Source: a bacterium | GTDB lineage: Bacteria; UBA8248 | DNA: 64,000 nt | Assembly (NCBI GenBank): GCA_965207065.1 | Contig: OZ242260.1 | Span: forward strand, 2,144,001 to 2,208,000 | Direction: 5' to 3' | In this document: positions 9,640 through 21,543 of the stretch, piece after piece | How positions within the stretch are numbered: position 1 is the stretch's first letter | How the letters are laid out: each line of letters opens with the position of its first letter | Notes under the pieces: generated by a model | Database searches by the model: none | What the model was told of the DNA's origin: nothing | The model's input: the letters and a program-made list of their open reading frames with translations, nothing else | Program-made: the position numbers and the translations under genes

Positions 9640-9923
9640 AAAGAAGGGGAAGGACACGAGCAGGGCGGTTTTTTCATCTGGCATTCCCCACGGGATGCCT
9701 GACCCCTCAAGGGGAGTGTTGTCCTCACTCTCGTCGGTCGTCTAAATATCCTGTAGCGCGACCTGTCCCTACGAAAACGGCTACGTGTTTCTCATGTGGA
9801 CAAAATAAACTACTGGCCGATGCCTCATCCGCATTTCATCGCTACGCCCCCTCTCATCCCCCCTCCCGGTTGGTTTCCTATTCCATGAAATGGTAATTTG
9901 ATTTCGAAACGGGAGGATGCGTC

Positions 9924-10847
9924 TTGCACAGGTATTCATTCATCATTCTGGCGACGGTCTTGGGGTTGTTGGTCCATCTGGCGGGCGACGCCCTGGCCGG
10001 ACCCGCGGAGTCGGTAGGCCCCACGGCGTCTGCGCCTTTCGTCGTGGTGATCGACCCCGGCCACGGAGGGCGGGATGCGGGAAGCCGCGGCGCGCTGCTT
10101 CAGGAGAAGGATTTCACCCTCCGCGCAGCGAAGATGCTGGCCGCGCTCCTCTCCAGACGCCCGGAAGTGAAGGCGATTTTGACGCGCGAGGCCGACACGG
10201 AGATGACCGCCGTGCAGCGCGCCTCGGTGGCGAACTACAACGCCGCCGCCTTGTTCCTCACCCTGCATGCGGACGCCTCCTGGCGGCCCGGGGCGCGGGG
10301 GCCGGCCATCATGGTGGCGGCGCCCAGGCGACCGCCGCGCGTGGCGGGAGAGCCGGCCCGGGCCGTGGCGTTTCGCTGGCAGCGGAGCCAGAACATTCAC
10401 CTGGCCTCGAACCGCCGCTTCGCCCTGAACCTGCAGAAGCGCTTCGCCGCCATCCGCGCGGGCGAAAAACCCCCGCTCCACATTCTGGCCGTGCGCGATC
10501 TCGAGGGCGCGCGCATGCCGGCTGCCTACGTGAGCCTGGGCGTCATCAGTACGCCCGAAGACGAGGCGCGCCTGAGCGAGATAGCGGAAGAGGGTCCATA
10601 CCTCACGGCGCTCGCCGGGGAGGTGCTCAGGTTCGCCGGCCTCACCGAAGACCTGCCGCCCAAACCGGTTGAACCTGCAGAAGCCGCGCCGCCAGAATCA
10701 TCGCAGGCGCCCGAGTCATCGGAGCAGCCCGAATCGCCTCAGCAGCCTGAATCATCTGAATCGCAAGCCGCGCCGTCTGAATCGCCGCAGCCCGGTGAGA
10801 GTGCGCCTGAGGCGCAAAACGCCGCTCCCGTAGGGGAGGGGCGCTGA
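9924..10847 (+). CDS. N-acetylmuramoyl-L-alanine amidase (Amidase_3), possibly degenerate
   Basis: Signal peptide, IDPGHGG, EKD, LHADA; Pro/Glu/Ser-rich tail. Confidence 0.85.
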   Translation: MHRYSFIILATVLGLLVHLAGDALAGPAESVGPTASAPFVVVIDPGHGGRDAGSRGALLQEKDFTLRAAKMLAALLSRRPEVKAILTREADTEMTAVQRASVANYNAAALFLTLHADASWRPGARGPAIMVAAPRRPPRVAGEPARAVAFRWQRSQNIHLASNRRFALNLQKRFAAIRAGEKPPLHILAVRDLEGARMPAAYVSLGVISTPEDEARLSEIAEEGPYLTALAGEVLRFAGLTEDLPPKPVEPAEAAPPESSQAPESSEQPESPQQPESSESQAAPSESPQPGESAPEAQNAAPVGEGR

Positions 10848-10848
10848 C

Positions 10849-11643
10849 ATGCTCAAGAAGATCGGGCTCGCCGTCTTGATCATCGCCGTGAGCGGAGCGC
10901 TCGTGTGGAATTACCAGGAAGCCGTCCTGGAATTCCTGGAGCGGGGCCGCGACGCCGCACTCGACCCCGCGCGTCGAGACGCCGCGCGCGCGCCGAGCGT
11001 GAAGAAGACGCTTTATTTCGCAGGCGTCGAGGAAGACCTGCTGGTTCCCTATCCCGTGGAAGTGGAGATAGGGAAGAACAACGTCGACACCTTGCGCAAC
11101 GTGCTGGAGGCTCTCATCGCCGGACCCCAGGGGGAGGGATACGCGCCGGTTATCCCGAAAGGCACGAAGCTGCGCATGACGTTTCCGGGGCCGGACGGGA
11201 TCGTCTACGTCGATTTCGACGAGACCTTGCGCGACGCGCACCCGGGCGGCGTGTGGGCGGAGTTGATGACCGCATACGGCGTCGCCGGCACCGTGGTCAG
11301 GAATTTTCCGGATCTCTTCGATCGCGTCGTGCTGCTCATCGGGGGGCAGGAAGCCCAGAGCATCGCGGGCTCGCTCGCCATCACGGGTCCGCTCCGGGTG
11401 CGCGAGGAGTTGATGTCGGAGGAGGCATCTGCGCCCGAGGCGGGTGGTTCTCCACCGGCAACGCCAAACGCGACTGCGGAGAGCGACGCGCCCGTTGCGG
11501 CCACCGGGCAGCCTCCCGCAAACGCCGTCGGCGTGCCCAAGGAGACCCTCCCGCCGGTGGGAAGCTCTCCGGTCGATCCCGTCGGCGTGCCGCAGAAAAA
11601 GCCGGGCGTCGGCGCGGTGGGCGCGCCCGGAAACTCCCGTTAA
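10849..11643 (+). CDS. GerMN domain-containing protein
   Basis: N-terminal TM helix; LEALIAGP...IPKGTKL...VYVDF...V.LLIGG; follows the amidase. Confidence 0.85.
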   Translation: MLKKIGLAVLIIAVSGALVWNYQEAVLEFLERGRDAALDPARRDAARAPSVKKTLYFAGVEEDLLVPYPVEVEIGKNNVDTLRNVLEALIAGPQGEGYAPVIPKGTKLRMTFPGPDGIVYVDFDETLRDAHPGGVWAELMTAYGVAGTVVRNFPDLFDRVVLLIGGQEAQSIAGSLAITGPLRVREELMSEEASAPEAGGSPPATPNATAESDAPVAATGQPPANAVGVPKETLPPVGSSPVDPVGVPQKKPGVGAVGAPGNSR

Positions 11644-11757
11644 GGGAGCGATCTTCATAGGGGTCGCATGCTAAGCTTTTCAACAGCTTCCTGTAATTCG
11701 CGTTAGGCGCACGCCTCGCGAATGGATTCCCCCCGAACCCCCCAACCCCCTTTGACA

Positions 11758-11914
11758 GGGTCTGTTGAAAAACCCGGAGAAGGGAGTTCGCGGTTTTTGT
11801 AGGGGCCGCATATATGCGGCCCTTTTGGTGGGAAATTGGTGCGGGGCGCATATATGCGCCCCCTACACATTCACATACGTCGAACCGCAGAGTTGGGACT
11901 TTTTCAACAACCCC
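11758..11914. mobile_element. 157-bp MITE with 5-bp TSD (TGACA) carrying a GTAG REP doublet
   Basis: Ends GGGTCTGTTGAAAAA / TTTTTCAACAACCCC; TGACA at 11753-11757 and 11915-11919; REPs at 11799-11823 and 11843-11866. Confidence 0.85.
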
Positions 11915-12089
11915 TGACAGGGGGGCTTTTCTTTCACCCCCTCGTCGGGGGGCATCGCCTTTTCTTTCCTATATAAGCGTCATGGCCCAGACGATGGAAA
12001 GCGAATTCCTGTCGAGGGGTTTTGACTTTACCCCCCTGTTAAGGCGGGGGTACGGGGGGGTTGGCGAGTCGAGCGTATGGTTTCGTCCG

Positions 12090-13469
12090 TTAGTCCGCCG
12101 CGCACGCCTCGCGTATCGCCTCATCCAGGACGCGCACCATCCGGCTTATCTCCTCGTTCGTCACGCAATATGGCGGCATCAGGACGACGACGTCGCCCAG
12201 GGGCCGCACGGCGAGGCCGCGCTTTCTCGCCGCCAGGATAACCGCGCGCCCCTTGCGCTCGGCGGGCGTGTAGGGTTCCTTGCTTTCTTTCTCCTTCAAT
12301 AGCTCCACGCCCACCATCCAGCCCAGGCCGCGCACCTCGCCCGCGTGGGGGTTGTTTTTCAGTTTATCGAGTTCGCTCCACAGATGCGCTATCTTCGCCC
12401 GGTTTATCTGGATGGTGTTTTCCCGCTCGAAAATCTCGAGGTTCGCCAGTGCCGCGGCGCAGCCCAGGGGGTTTCCCGTGTAGGAGTGTCCGTGAAAAAA
12501 TGTGCGGCCCGTCTCGGGCGCGCCGCGGAATGCGCCAAAAATTTCCTCGGTGGCGAGCGTCGCCGCGAGCGGCAGGTAGCCGCCCGTGATTCCCTTGGCG
12601 AGGCACAGGATGTCCGGGGCCACGCCCTCGTGCTCGCAGGCGAACATGGGGCCGGTGCGACCGAAGCCCGTCGCCACCTCGTCCGCTATCAGGAGCACGT
12701 CGTGTTCCGTGCACGCCTCGCGCACTTTCTTGAGAAAGCCGGGCGGCTGCACGATGATTCCCGCCGCTCCCTGCACCATCGGTTCCACCGCCACGGCGGC
12801 GAGATGAGGCGCGTTTTCCTCGATTTGCTGCACGATTTCATCGCCCGAACAGACGGAGCATGGCGGACGCTCCGCTCCCCTCGGGCACCAGAAGCAATAG
12901 GGCGCCTCAGCTCTCATGGTCTGGAAGAGAAGAGGCCCGAAGATGTGGTGGAACAGGTCGATTCCGCCCAGCGACACCGCACCGACCGTATCGCCGTGGT
13001 AGGCCAGGTTGAGCGTGAGAAAGCGGTCCTTCTCGGGCTTCGGGTCTTTCCTTTGTTTTTGGTACTGAAAGGCCATCTTGAGGGCGATTTCCACCGCCGT
13101 CGCGCCCGAGTCCGAATAGAAGACTCGGGCGAGGCCCGCCGGTGCGATTTGCGCGAGCTTCTCGGCAAGCTCGATGGCGGCGGGGTTCGCCATGCCCAGT
13201 TGGGTGGTGTGGGCGATCCGCCCGAGTTGCGCGCGAACCGCCTCGTCTATCTCTTCCTTGCGGTGTCCGTGGATGTTCACCCACAGGGATGATACGCCGT
13301 CGAGATATCGCTTGCCTTCTACGTCGATCAGGTACGCCCCCTCGCCGCGCTCGACGACGAGCGGGGGGTCCTCGCTCTCCCATTCGTCCATGGGGGTGAA
13401 GGGATGCCAGAGGTGCTTCCTGTCCGCGTCTGCCAGGCGGCGGAGGCGCTGCGTTTCGTCGGTGCTCAT
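12090..13469 (-). CDS. bioA: Adenosylmethionine-8-amino-7-oxononanoate aminotransferase
   Basis: HLWHPFT, DGVSSLWVNIHGH, YHGDT, ADEVATGFGRTG, AKGITGGYLPL, FFHGHSYTGNP. Confidence 0.95.
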   Translation of the reverse strand: MSTDETQRLRRLADADRKHLWHPFTPMDEWESEDPPLVVERGEGAYLIDVEGKRYLDGVSSLWVNIHGHRKEEIDEAVRAQLGRIAHTTQLGMANPAAIELAEKLAQIAPAGLARVFYSDSGATAVEIALKMAFQYQKQRKDPKPEKDRFLTLNLAYHGDTVGAVSLGGIDLFHHIFGPLLFQTMRAEAPYCFWCPRGAERPPCSVCSGDEIVQQIEENAPHLAAVAVEPMVQGAAGIIVQPPGFLKKVREACTEHDVLLIADEVATGFGRTGPMFACEHEGVAPDILCLAKGITGGYLPLAATLATEEIFGAFRGAPETGRTFFHGHSYTGNPLGCAAALANLEIFERENTIQINRAKIAHLWSELDKLKNNPHAGEVRGLGWMVGVELLKEKESKEPYTPAERKGRAVILAARKRGLAVRPLGDVVVLMPPYCVTNEEISRMVRVLDEAIREACAAD

Positions 13470-14245
13470 GCGGGGCGTTCGGCGAGGATGACGGCTTCCT
13501 GCTCGTCGAATACGTATTCGCCGTCCTCCTCGCGCGGGTCGAGCCAGTAGGATATCGCGGGCGAGGCGTTTTCGAGATACTTGCGAAGCGACGCCTTGTC
13601 CGCATCCGTGAGATGGGGGCGCTTCACCCAATGGGAGAGCACCATCTTCTTCCTCAGGGTCTCGGAATAGAGGACGCGGAAACCGGCGGCTTCCAGCATC
13701 TCCACCAGGCCGGGCAGGCTGTCGCAGCGGTTGTGGCTCGGGTCGCGCAGGCGCTCGAAATCGTTGTAGCTATCGAGTTCCCTGGGTTCTTCGGGCGCGA
13801 TGTTGTCGATGTAGATGAGCCTGCCGCCCGGTTTCAGGACGCGGAACATCTCGCGCATCGAGGCCGGAACGTCCGGGAAATGATGCGGTGCGATGCGCAC
13901 CGATACCGTATCGAGCGCACCCGTCTGAACGGCGATGTTCTCGGCGTCGGTCCTGAGATAGGAGACGTTCCCGATTCCTCTCTCTTCACCCAGCCTGCGC
14001 GCGGAGTCGAGCATCCCGGCGGTCAAATCGCTCGCGATGACGTGGCGGCATTTATCCGCCATCTGGAAGGCGGTGTGGCCCGCGCCCGTGGCGATGTCCA
14101 GATGGACCCCGCCGCTCGGGTTCAGCACCTCGGCCGCGCGCGCGAGGGAGCTGCTCCGCGCGTGGGGCGCGCTGGTGACGTAGTAGTCCGAATCCTGGTT
14201 GTATATCTTCTGTACGGCCTCTCGCTGCTCCCGGGACGTGTCCAT
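13466..14245 (-). CDS. Class I SAM-dependent methyltransferase
   Basis: LDIATGAGHT, APHHFPD, RVLKPGG, RDPSH; stop overlaps the bioA start. Confidence 0.88.
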   Translation of the reverse strand: MDTSREQREAVQKIYNQDSDYYVTSAPHARSSSLARAAEVLNPSGGVHLDIATGAGHTAFQMADKCRHVIASDLTAGMLDSARRLGEERGIGNVSYLRTDAENIAVQTGALDTVSVRIAPHHFPDVPASMREMFRVLKPGGRLIYIDNIAPEEPRELDSYNDFERLRDPSHNRCDSLPGLVEMLEAAGFRVLYSETLRKKMVLSHWVKRPHLTDADKASLRKYLENASPAISYWLDPREEDGEYVFDEQEAVILAERPA

Positions 14246-14321
14246 GCGGCTCCTCAATGAGAACTGGAATATCGGTTTGCGGGGGGAGTATTTCCCAAAA
14301 GTCGGTTTTGGGGCAAGCGCC

Positions 14322-14948
14322 CTAGGGGGTCCTCAAAACCGCGCGGGCGGGCGCGCCGTCTCGCCCCGGGAGGAGGGCGGGCAGGGCGATGAGTTCATAA
14401 TCCCCCTCGTGCGCATGGCTAAGATGAAGACCCTCGAGCAACACGACGCCGCGGGGCATCAGCAGCCGGTGCACCGGCGCATCGCCCTCGGGCGGGTCCA
14501 CGGAGAGATAATCCACGCCCAGGAGCGTCATTCCGTTATCGAGCAGAAGCTGTGCGGCTTCCGGCGTCATGTGGCAGAAATTCGGATCGAACGGCTTCTC
14601 CCACCATCGTGCATCCGAATTTCGCGTCTTGATGAGAAAGCGCGTGGCGCCTTCGAGGTTCTTGGTGCTTAATTCTTCCGATGTGATGCACTCGTGGTTT
14701 TCTATCTCGATCACCCGGGCGGGACCCATCAGGGTCTCCAAAGAGAGCGCTTCCACGCCGTCCTCTCCGGGCAGGAAGTGCACCGGCGCGTCCACGTGCG
14801 TGCCCGTGTGCAGGCAAAGGCTCGCTTCCGTCAGGCAGACCGAATCCCCCGCTTTGAAAGAAGCGTGAAAGCGAAGTTTGAGTTCCGGATCCCCCGGCCA
14901 CCGCGGCATCCCCTCTTGTATCGGTATGGTGATGTCAATGACGTCCAT
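14322..14948 (-). CDS. Cyclase family protein / kynurenine formamidase-like (copy 1)
   Basis: HTGTHVDAP, GVDYLS, DGAPARAV. Confidence 0.9.
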   Translation of the reverse strand: MDVIDITIPIQEGMPRWPGDPELKLRFHASFKAGDSVCLTEASLCLHTGTHVDAPVHFLPGEDGVEALSLETLMGPARVIEIENHECITSEELSTKNLEGATRFLIKTRNSDARWWEKPFDPNFCHMTPEAAQLLLDNGMTLLGVDYLSVDPPEGDAPVHRLLMPRGVVLLEGLHLSHAHEGDYELIALPALLPGRDGAPARAVLRTP

Positions 14949-15067
14949 GCCGCTCCTCCCGCCCGAAAGATAGCAGAAAAGGGATGCGGACGCCGGGGGA
15001 GTGGACGAACCGCTGCGCGCGCAGGAGGGCTCTCATAGGGATCAAAAAATCGGTATTCAGGATGTTG

Positions 15068-15697
15068 CTAGAGCGATCTCAATACCGCGCGGGCGGGCGC
15101 GCCGTCTCGCCCCGGGAGGAGGGCGGGCAGGGCGATGAGCTCGTAATCGCCCTCGGGCGCGTTCGCCAGGTTCAGGCCTTCGAGCAGGACGACGCCCAGC
15201 GGCATCAGCAGCGTGTGGACGGGCACGTTGGGGTCGGGCGCATCCACGCCGAGATAGTCCACGCCCAGAAGCTCCATCCCGTGGTCGTAGAGAAGCTGTC
15301 CCGCTCCCGCCGTCATGTGGCAGTAGTCGGGGCTGTAGGGTTTCGACCACCACTGATCTTCCGAGTTCCGCGTCTTGATGAGAAATCGCGTGGCGCCTTC
15401 GAGATTCTTGGTGGCGAGTTCCTCCGCGGTGATGCACTCGTGGTTTTCGACTGCGATCACCCGGGCGGGACCCATGAGGGTTTCGAGGTTGAGCGTCTCG
15501 ATCCCGCCCGCATCGTGGAGATAGTGCATGGGCGCGTCCAGATGCGTGCCGGTGTGCACGCCGATGGTGGCTTCGGTGAGGCAGACGTCGTCGCCTGCGT
15601 CGAAGGATTTGTGAAAGCGCATCGAAAGCCCCGGATTCCCGGGATAGATGGGCATTTCGCCTTCCACTACGGGAACGGATATGTCGATGATTTCCAT
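15068..15697 (-). CDS. Cyclase family protein / kynurenine formamidase-like (copy 2)
   Basis: HTGTHLDAP, GVDYLG, DGAPARAV; paralog of 14322-14948. Confidence 0.9.
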   Translation of the reverse strand: MEIIDISVPVVEGEMPIYPGNPGLSMRFHKSFDAGDDVCLTEATIGVHTGTHLDAPMHYLHDAGGIETLNLETLMGPARVIAVENHECITAEELATKNLEGATRFLIKTRNSEDQWWSKPYSPDYCHMTAGAGQLLYDHGMELLGVDYLGVDAPDPNVPVHTLLMPLGVVLLEGLNLANAPEGDYELIALPALLPGRDGAPARAVLRSL

Positions 15698-15803
15698 GGC
15701 TCTCCTCCGGCGGGATGGGGTGGGATAGGATGAGGCCAGAATATCAAAAATCGGCGGCAGGTGTCCAAGCGGGGGATTTCGGGGGGAGGAAGAGGTCTCC
15801 TCC

Positions 15804-16178
15804 TCACGATTTAAGCGATTGGACGGCGCTTCCCGTCGGATGGCCGTCGCGCTGCCACCAGTCGAGCCCGCCCATGAGTTCCTTCACCCGAAAGCCCAGC
15901 CGCGTCATGTTGAGCGCACCCTTGGTCGAGGCGTTGCAGCCGATGCCGTCGCAGTAGGTGACGATGAGGGCCTCCCCCTCGAGATGCGCGGTGGTCTCGG
16001 GGTTCATCTGCCGGTGCGGGATGTTGATCGCGCCCGGGATGTGCTCTTGCTCATACGCCTCGGGCGAGCGCGCATCGATAACGACGACGTTTTCGCCTTG
16101 TTCCATCGCGACTTTCAGGTCCCACGAATCGGTTTCATAGGCCAGTTTGTTGGCGTAGTGGTCGAGCTGTTGGTTCAT
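15804..16178 (-). CDS. Rhodanese-like domain protein
   Basis: VIDAR...HIPGAINIP, YCDGIGCNAS, GGLDWW. Confidence 0.9.
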   Translation of the reverse strand: MNQQLDHYANKLAYETDSWDLKVAMEQGENVVVIDARSPEAYEQEHIPGAINIPHRQMNPETTAHLEGEALIVTYCDGIGCNASTKGALNMTRLGFRVKELMGGLDWWQRDGHPTGSAVQSLKS

Positions 16179-16233
16179 TGCAGATCCTTAAATTTATGCG
16201 TTCATCATATTTGTGGGGCAGCCCCATACGCCC

Positions 16234-17340
16234 CTACTCGTGCACGACGACGCTGCGGGCCACCTCGCCGTTTAAGAGCGCGTCGTAGGCCTCGTTGATC
16301 TGCTCGATGGGCCACACCTTGGTGAGCAGGTCGTCTAAGTTCAGCTTGCCGGCCATGTAGAGGTCGATGAGCCGGGGCACGAAGATGCGCGGGTTGGACG
16401 AGCCGTACAGGGAGCCGATGAGGCGCTTTTCCTCCGTCACGAGGGAGACGGGGGGGATCGAGACCCTCGATTTCACGTCCGCGATGCCCACGATGACGGC
16501 CGTGCCGCCCGTGCGCACGCTCTCGAACGCGGTGGACATCACCTCGGGCACGCCGATGAGCTCGAAGGCGTAGTGCGCGCCCTTGCCGTCGGTGAGCGCG
16601 CGGATGGCCTCCACTGCGTCCTCGTCCGAGGAGTTCACCGTGTGCGTCGCGCCGAATTTCTTCGCCATCTCGAGCTTGTTCTGCATCAGGTCGACCGCGA
16701 TGATGGGCTCCGCCCCGATGAGGGCCGCCCCCTGCACCGCGTTCAGCCCCACGCCGCCCGCGCCGAACACGGCCACGCTCTCGCCCGGTCGCACCTGCGC
16801 GCCGTTCACCACCGCGCCCACGCCCGTGATGACCGCGCAGCTCACCACCGCCGCTTTTTCGAGTGACATGTCTTCTCGAATCTTCATGACCGATTTCTCG
16901 GACATCACCGAGTGGGAGCTGAACGTGGAGACGCCGAGGAAGTGGTGCACCCGCTCGCCGTTGATCGAGAAGCGCGTCGTGCCGTCCGAGAGCGTGCCGT
17001 CGGCCCGCATGCGGATGCCCTCGCCGCAGATGGCGGGCCGTCCCGCGAGGCAGAGATCGCACGCGCCGCAGCTGTAGCGCCAGACGGTGACCACGTGATC
17101 GCCGGGCTTCACCGACGTCACGCCGGGTCCCACCTCTTCCACGACGCCTGCGCCCTCGTGTCCCATGATGATGGGCGTGGGCACCGGGAACAAACCCGCG
17201 ATGGCGTGGTGGTCGCTGTGGCAGACGCCGCCCGCGCGGTAGTGCACGAGCACCTCTCCCTCCTTGGGCGGTTCCACCTCGATGGGTTCGATGGTCATCG
17301 GTTTGCCGACTTCGTGGAAGATGGCTGCTTTCATGGGCAC
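16234..17340 (-). CDS. Zn-dependent alcohol dehydrogenase (class III-like)
   Basis: GVCHSD, GHEGAG, CGACDLC...C, GAGGVG. Confidence 0.92.
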   Translation of the reverse strand: MPMKAAIFHEVGKPMTIEPIEVEPPKEGEVLVHYRAGGVCHSDHHAIAGLFPVPTPIIMGHEGAGVVEEVGPGVTSVKPGDHVVTVWRYSCGACDLCLAGRPAICGEGIRMRADGTLSDGTTRFSINGERVHHFLGVSTFSSHSVMSEKSVMKIREDMSLEKAAVVSCAVITGVGAVVNGAQVRPGESVAVFGAGGVGLNAVQGAALIGAEPIIAVDLMQNKLEMAKKFGATHTVNSSDEDAVEAIRALTDGKGAHYAFELIGVPEVMSTAFESVRTGGTAVIVGIADVKSRVSIPPVSLVTEEKRLIGSLYGSSNPRIFVPRLIDLYMAGKLNLDDLLTKVWPIEQINEAYDALLNGEVARSVVVHE

Positions 17341-17494
17341 GCTCCTCGGTCGATGGGTAGGCGCGAGGTTCTGTGAACCCCGACCGTATTCTGTGATTTT
17401 TCGTATTCATACCCGAAAACGGGGGGAATTGCACACGCCGGTTCTCTTTGGGCGTTGCAAGTCGGGGAGCATCCGTATATGCTCTTGGGAGATA

Positions 17495-17580
17495 GTTCCT
17501 GCTAGGGGTGTATGTGCTGAGAGCCTGGAATCGCGGGCAACCCTTGGAACCTGCACTGGGTAATTCCAGCGAAGGGAAGC
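17495..17580 (+). ncRNA. TPP riboswitch
   Basis: AGGGGTG...CTGAGA...ACCCTTGGAACCTG...GGGTAATTCCAGCGAAGGGAA directly upstream of thiS-thiG-thiE. Confidence 0.92.
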
Positions 17581-17604
17581 GGGCCAAAGAATCCGGGTAT
17601 TTTG

Positions 17605-17634
17605 GCCGCTCCCGTATCGCGGGGCGGCTTTTTT
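17605..17634 (+). terminator. Intrinsic terminator of the TPP riboswitch expression platform
   Basis: GCCGCTCCCG...CGGGGCGGC stem followed by T6; competing pairing of 17578-17588 with 17601-17610. Confidence 0.7.
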
Positions 17635-17688
17635 GATGGGACGTATCTTGATGGAGAAGTTTCGGGTGTCGCATGAGGAGATGAGTTC

Positions 17689-17889
17689 TTGCAAGTCCGG
17701 GTGAACGGAGAGGACAGGGAGCTTACAGAGGGCGTGAGCGTCGCCGCTCTTCTGGAGTCCATGGAGCTTGGGGTGAACGGCATCGCCGTGGCGCTCAACA
17801 TGGAGATTGTCCGCCGGGGCGAATACGGGGACACGCAGTTATCCGATGGGGATGAGGTCGAGATCGTCCGCGCCGTGGGCGGGGGCTGA
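17689..17889 (+). CDS. thiS: Sulfur carrier protein ThiS
   Basis: 66 aa, VNGE start, C-terminal VGGG. Confidence 0.93.
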   Translation: MQVRVNGEDRELTEGVSVAALLESMELGVNGIAVALNMEIVRRGEYGDTQLSDGDEVEIVRAVGGG

Positions 17890-17940
17890 TCGTATATGAT
17901 AACGGGCGCGGCCATGGAGCCTGCGCCGGGAGGGGGTGTG

Positions 17941-18714
17941 ATGAGCACGTATGAGATCGGGGGCAGAACTTTTACTTCCCGCCTATTGGTGGGTTCGGGC
18001 AAATATCCGAGTTTCGCCGTGATGCGCGATTCACTCGAGGCGAGCGGGACGGAGATCGTCACTGTCGCCGTGCGCCGCGTGGACCTGGAAGATGATTCCT
18101 CGGAGGGTTTCTGGGCGCATTTCGATAAGGAAAAATATACGATGCTGCCCAACACGGCGGGCTGCTACGACGTGAAGAGCGCGGTGACGACGGCGCGGCT
18201 CGCTCGCGAGGTCACCGGATCCGACTTCGTGAAGGTCGAGGTCATCGGCGATGAGGACACGCTCTTCCCCGACAACGAGGGCCTACTCGAGGCGTGCCGG
18301 ATCCTGCTGGATGACGGCTTCATCGTCCTGCCCTACTGCATCGACGACCCGGTCATCTGCAAGAAGCTGGAGCAAATGGGCTGCCACGCAGTCATGCCGC
18401 TGGCCGCGCCGATAGGCTCTGGCTTAGGAATACGGAATCCCTACAACCTCAGGATAATCCTCGAGCAGATATCGGTTCCCGTCATCGTGGATGCGGGCGT
18501 GGGCACGGCTTCGGACGCCGCGGTGGCGATGGAGCTCGGCGCGGCCGCCGTCCTGATGCAGACGGCCATCGCGGGCGCGGACGATCCGGTGAAGATGGCG
18601 CGCGCCATGAACCTCGCCGTCGAGTCGGGCAGGCTCGCGTATGAGGCCGGGCGCATCCCCATGAAGCTCTACGCCACGGCGTCGAGTCCGCTGGCCGGCG
18701 TCATCGGCTCCTGA
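17941..18714 (+). CDS. thiG: Thiazole synthase
   Basis: [36 protein letters not shown]. Confidence 0.96.
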   Translation: MSTYEIGGRTFTSRLLVGSGKYPSFAVMRDSLEASGTEIVTVAVRRVDLEDDSSEGFWAHFDKEKYTMLPNTAGCYDVKSAVTTARLAREVTGSDFVKVEVIGDEDTLFPDNEGLLEACRILLDDGFIVLPYCIDDPVICKKLEQMGCHAVMPLAAPIGSGLGIRNPYNLRIILEQISVPVIVDAGVGTASDAAVAMELGAAAVLMQTAIAGADDPVKMARAMNLAVESGRLAYEAGRIPMKLYATASSPLAGVIGS

Positions 18715-18732
18715 GCCGCTTTCGGCGAGATT

Positions 18733-19359
18733 TTGGAATCATCGGCGTTCGACCCGCTCTACCTCATCACGGACAGGAACGCTGCCCCGTCTGGCGACTT
18801 CCTGAGCGCGCTGGAAGCCGCCCTCTCGGGCGGGGTGCGCTTCGTTCAGTTCCGCGAAAAGGATCTGCCTGTTGATGAGCGCCTGAAGCTGGGGCGGGAA
18901 GTCACCTCCCTCGCGAATGAACACGGCGCATGCCTGATTGTGAACGGCGATATTGACTTGGCTGATGCCCTGGAAGCTGACGGCGTGCACCTCGGCAAGG
19001 GCACGGTGAGCGTCTCTGCGTTGCGCGCGGGAGGCTATAAGGGCCTCATCGGCTATTCCGCCCATTCGGGAGAAGAAGCGGCGCGCGCATTCTCAGAAGG
19101 CGCGGATTTCGTCACGCTGAGTCCCGTATTTCCCACCAACAGCAAATTCTCAGCCGGCCCCGTCCTTGGTCTCGATAAGTTCGAGCGTGAACTCGCAATT
19201 GCGAACGGCCGCGTCTACGCACTGGGCGGCGTGGGGGCTGAGAACGCTTCATCGTGTATCGAGAGAGGCGCGCACGGAGTCGGCCTCATCGGCGCGATCC
19301 TGGCGGCCGACGACCCTGCTCACGCGGCGCGGGAGGTGCGCGCGGCGCTCACTGTTTGA
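18733..19359 (+). CDS. thiE: Thiamine phosphate synthase (ThiE/TenI family)
   Basis: LYLITDR, VQFREK, GVHLG, SAH, SPVFPT.SK, ALGG. Confidence 0.85.
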   Translation: MESSAFDPLYLITDRNAAPSGDFLSALEAALSGGVRFVQFREKDLPVDERLKLGREVTSLANEHGACLIVNGDIDLADALEADGVHLGKGTVSVSALRAGGYKGLIGYSAHSGEEAARAFSEGADFVTLSPVFPTNSKFSAGPVLGLDKFERELAIANGRVYALGGVGAENASSCIERGAHGVGLIGAILAADDPAHAAREVRAALTV

Positions 19360-19471
19360 TCCGTCCTGTTGCTTTCCCCGCACGGCTACTTGAGAAATCC
19401 GCGCGAATATCCAACAATAGCGAACATCGCCATCGATATGATTTCACCTGACCGAGCCGGGAGGTATTCTC

Positions 19472-21427
<1,956 letters not shown>

Positions 21428-21459
21428 GCGCGCGAGATAGTAGCGCAATAGAATTACTT

Positions 21460-21543
21460 GTAGGTGGCGACCCCTCATCGGGGTCGCCCCTCACATGTTA
21501 TGCGTCCCTTGCAGCACGTAGGGACAACCCCCCGTGGTTGTCC
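21460..21543. repeat. Two GTAG-type REP hairpins
   Basis: GTAGGTGGCGACCCC...GGGGTCGCC and GTAGGGACAACC...GGTTGTCC. Confidence 0.7.
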
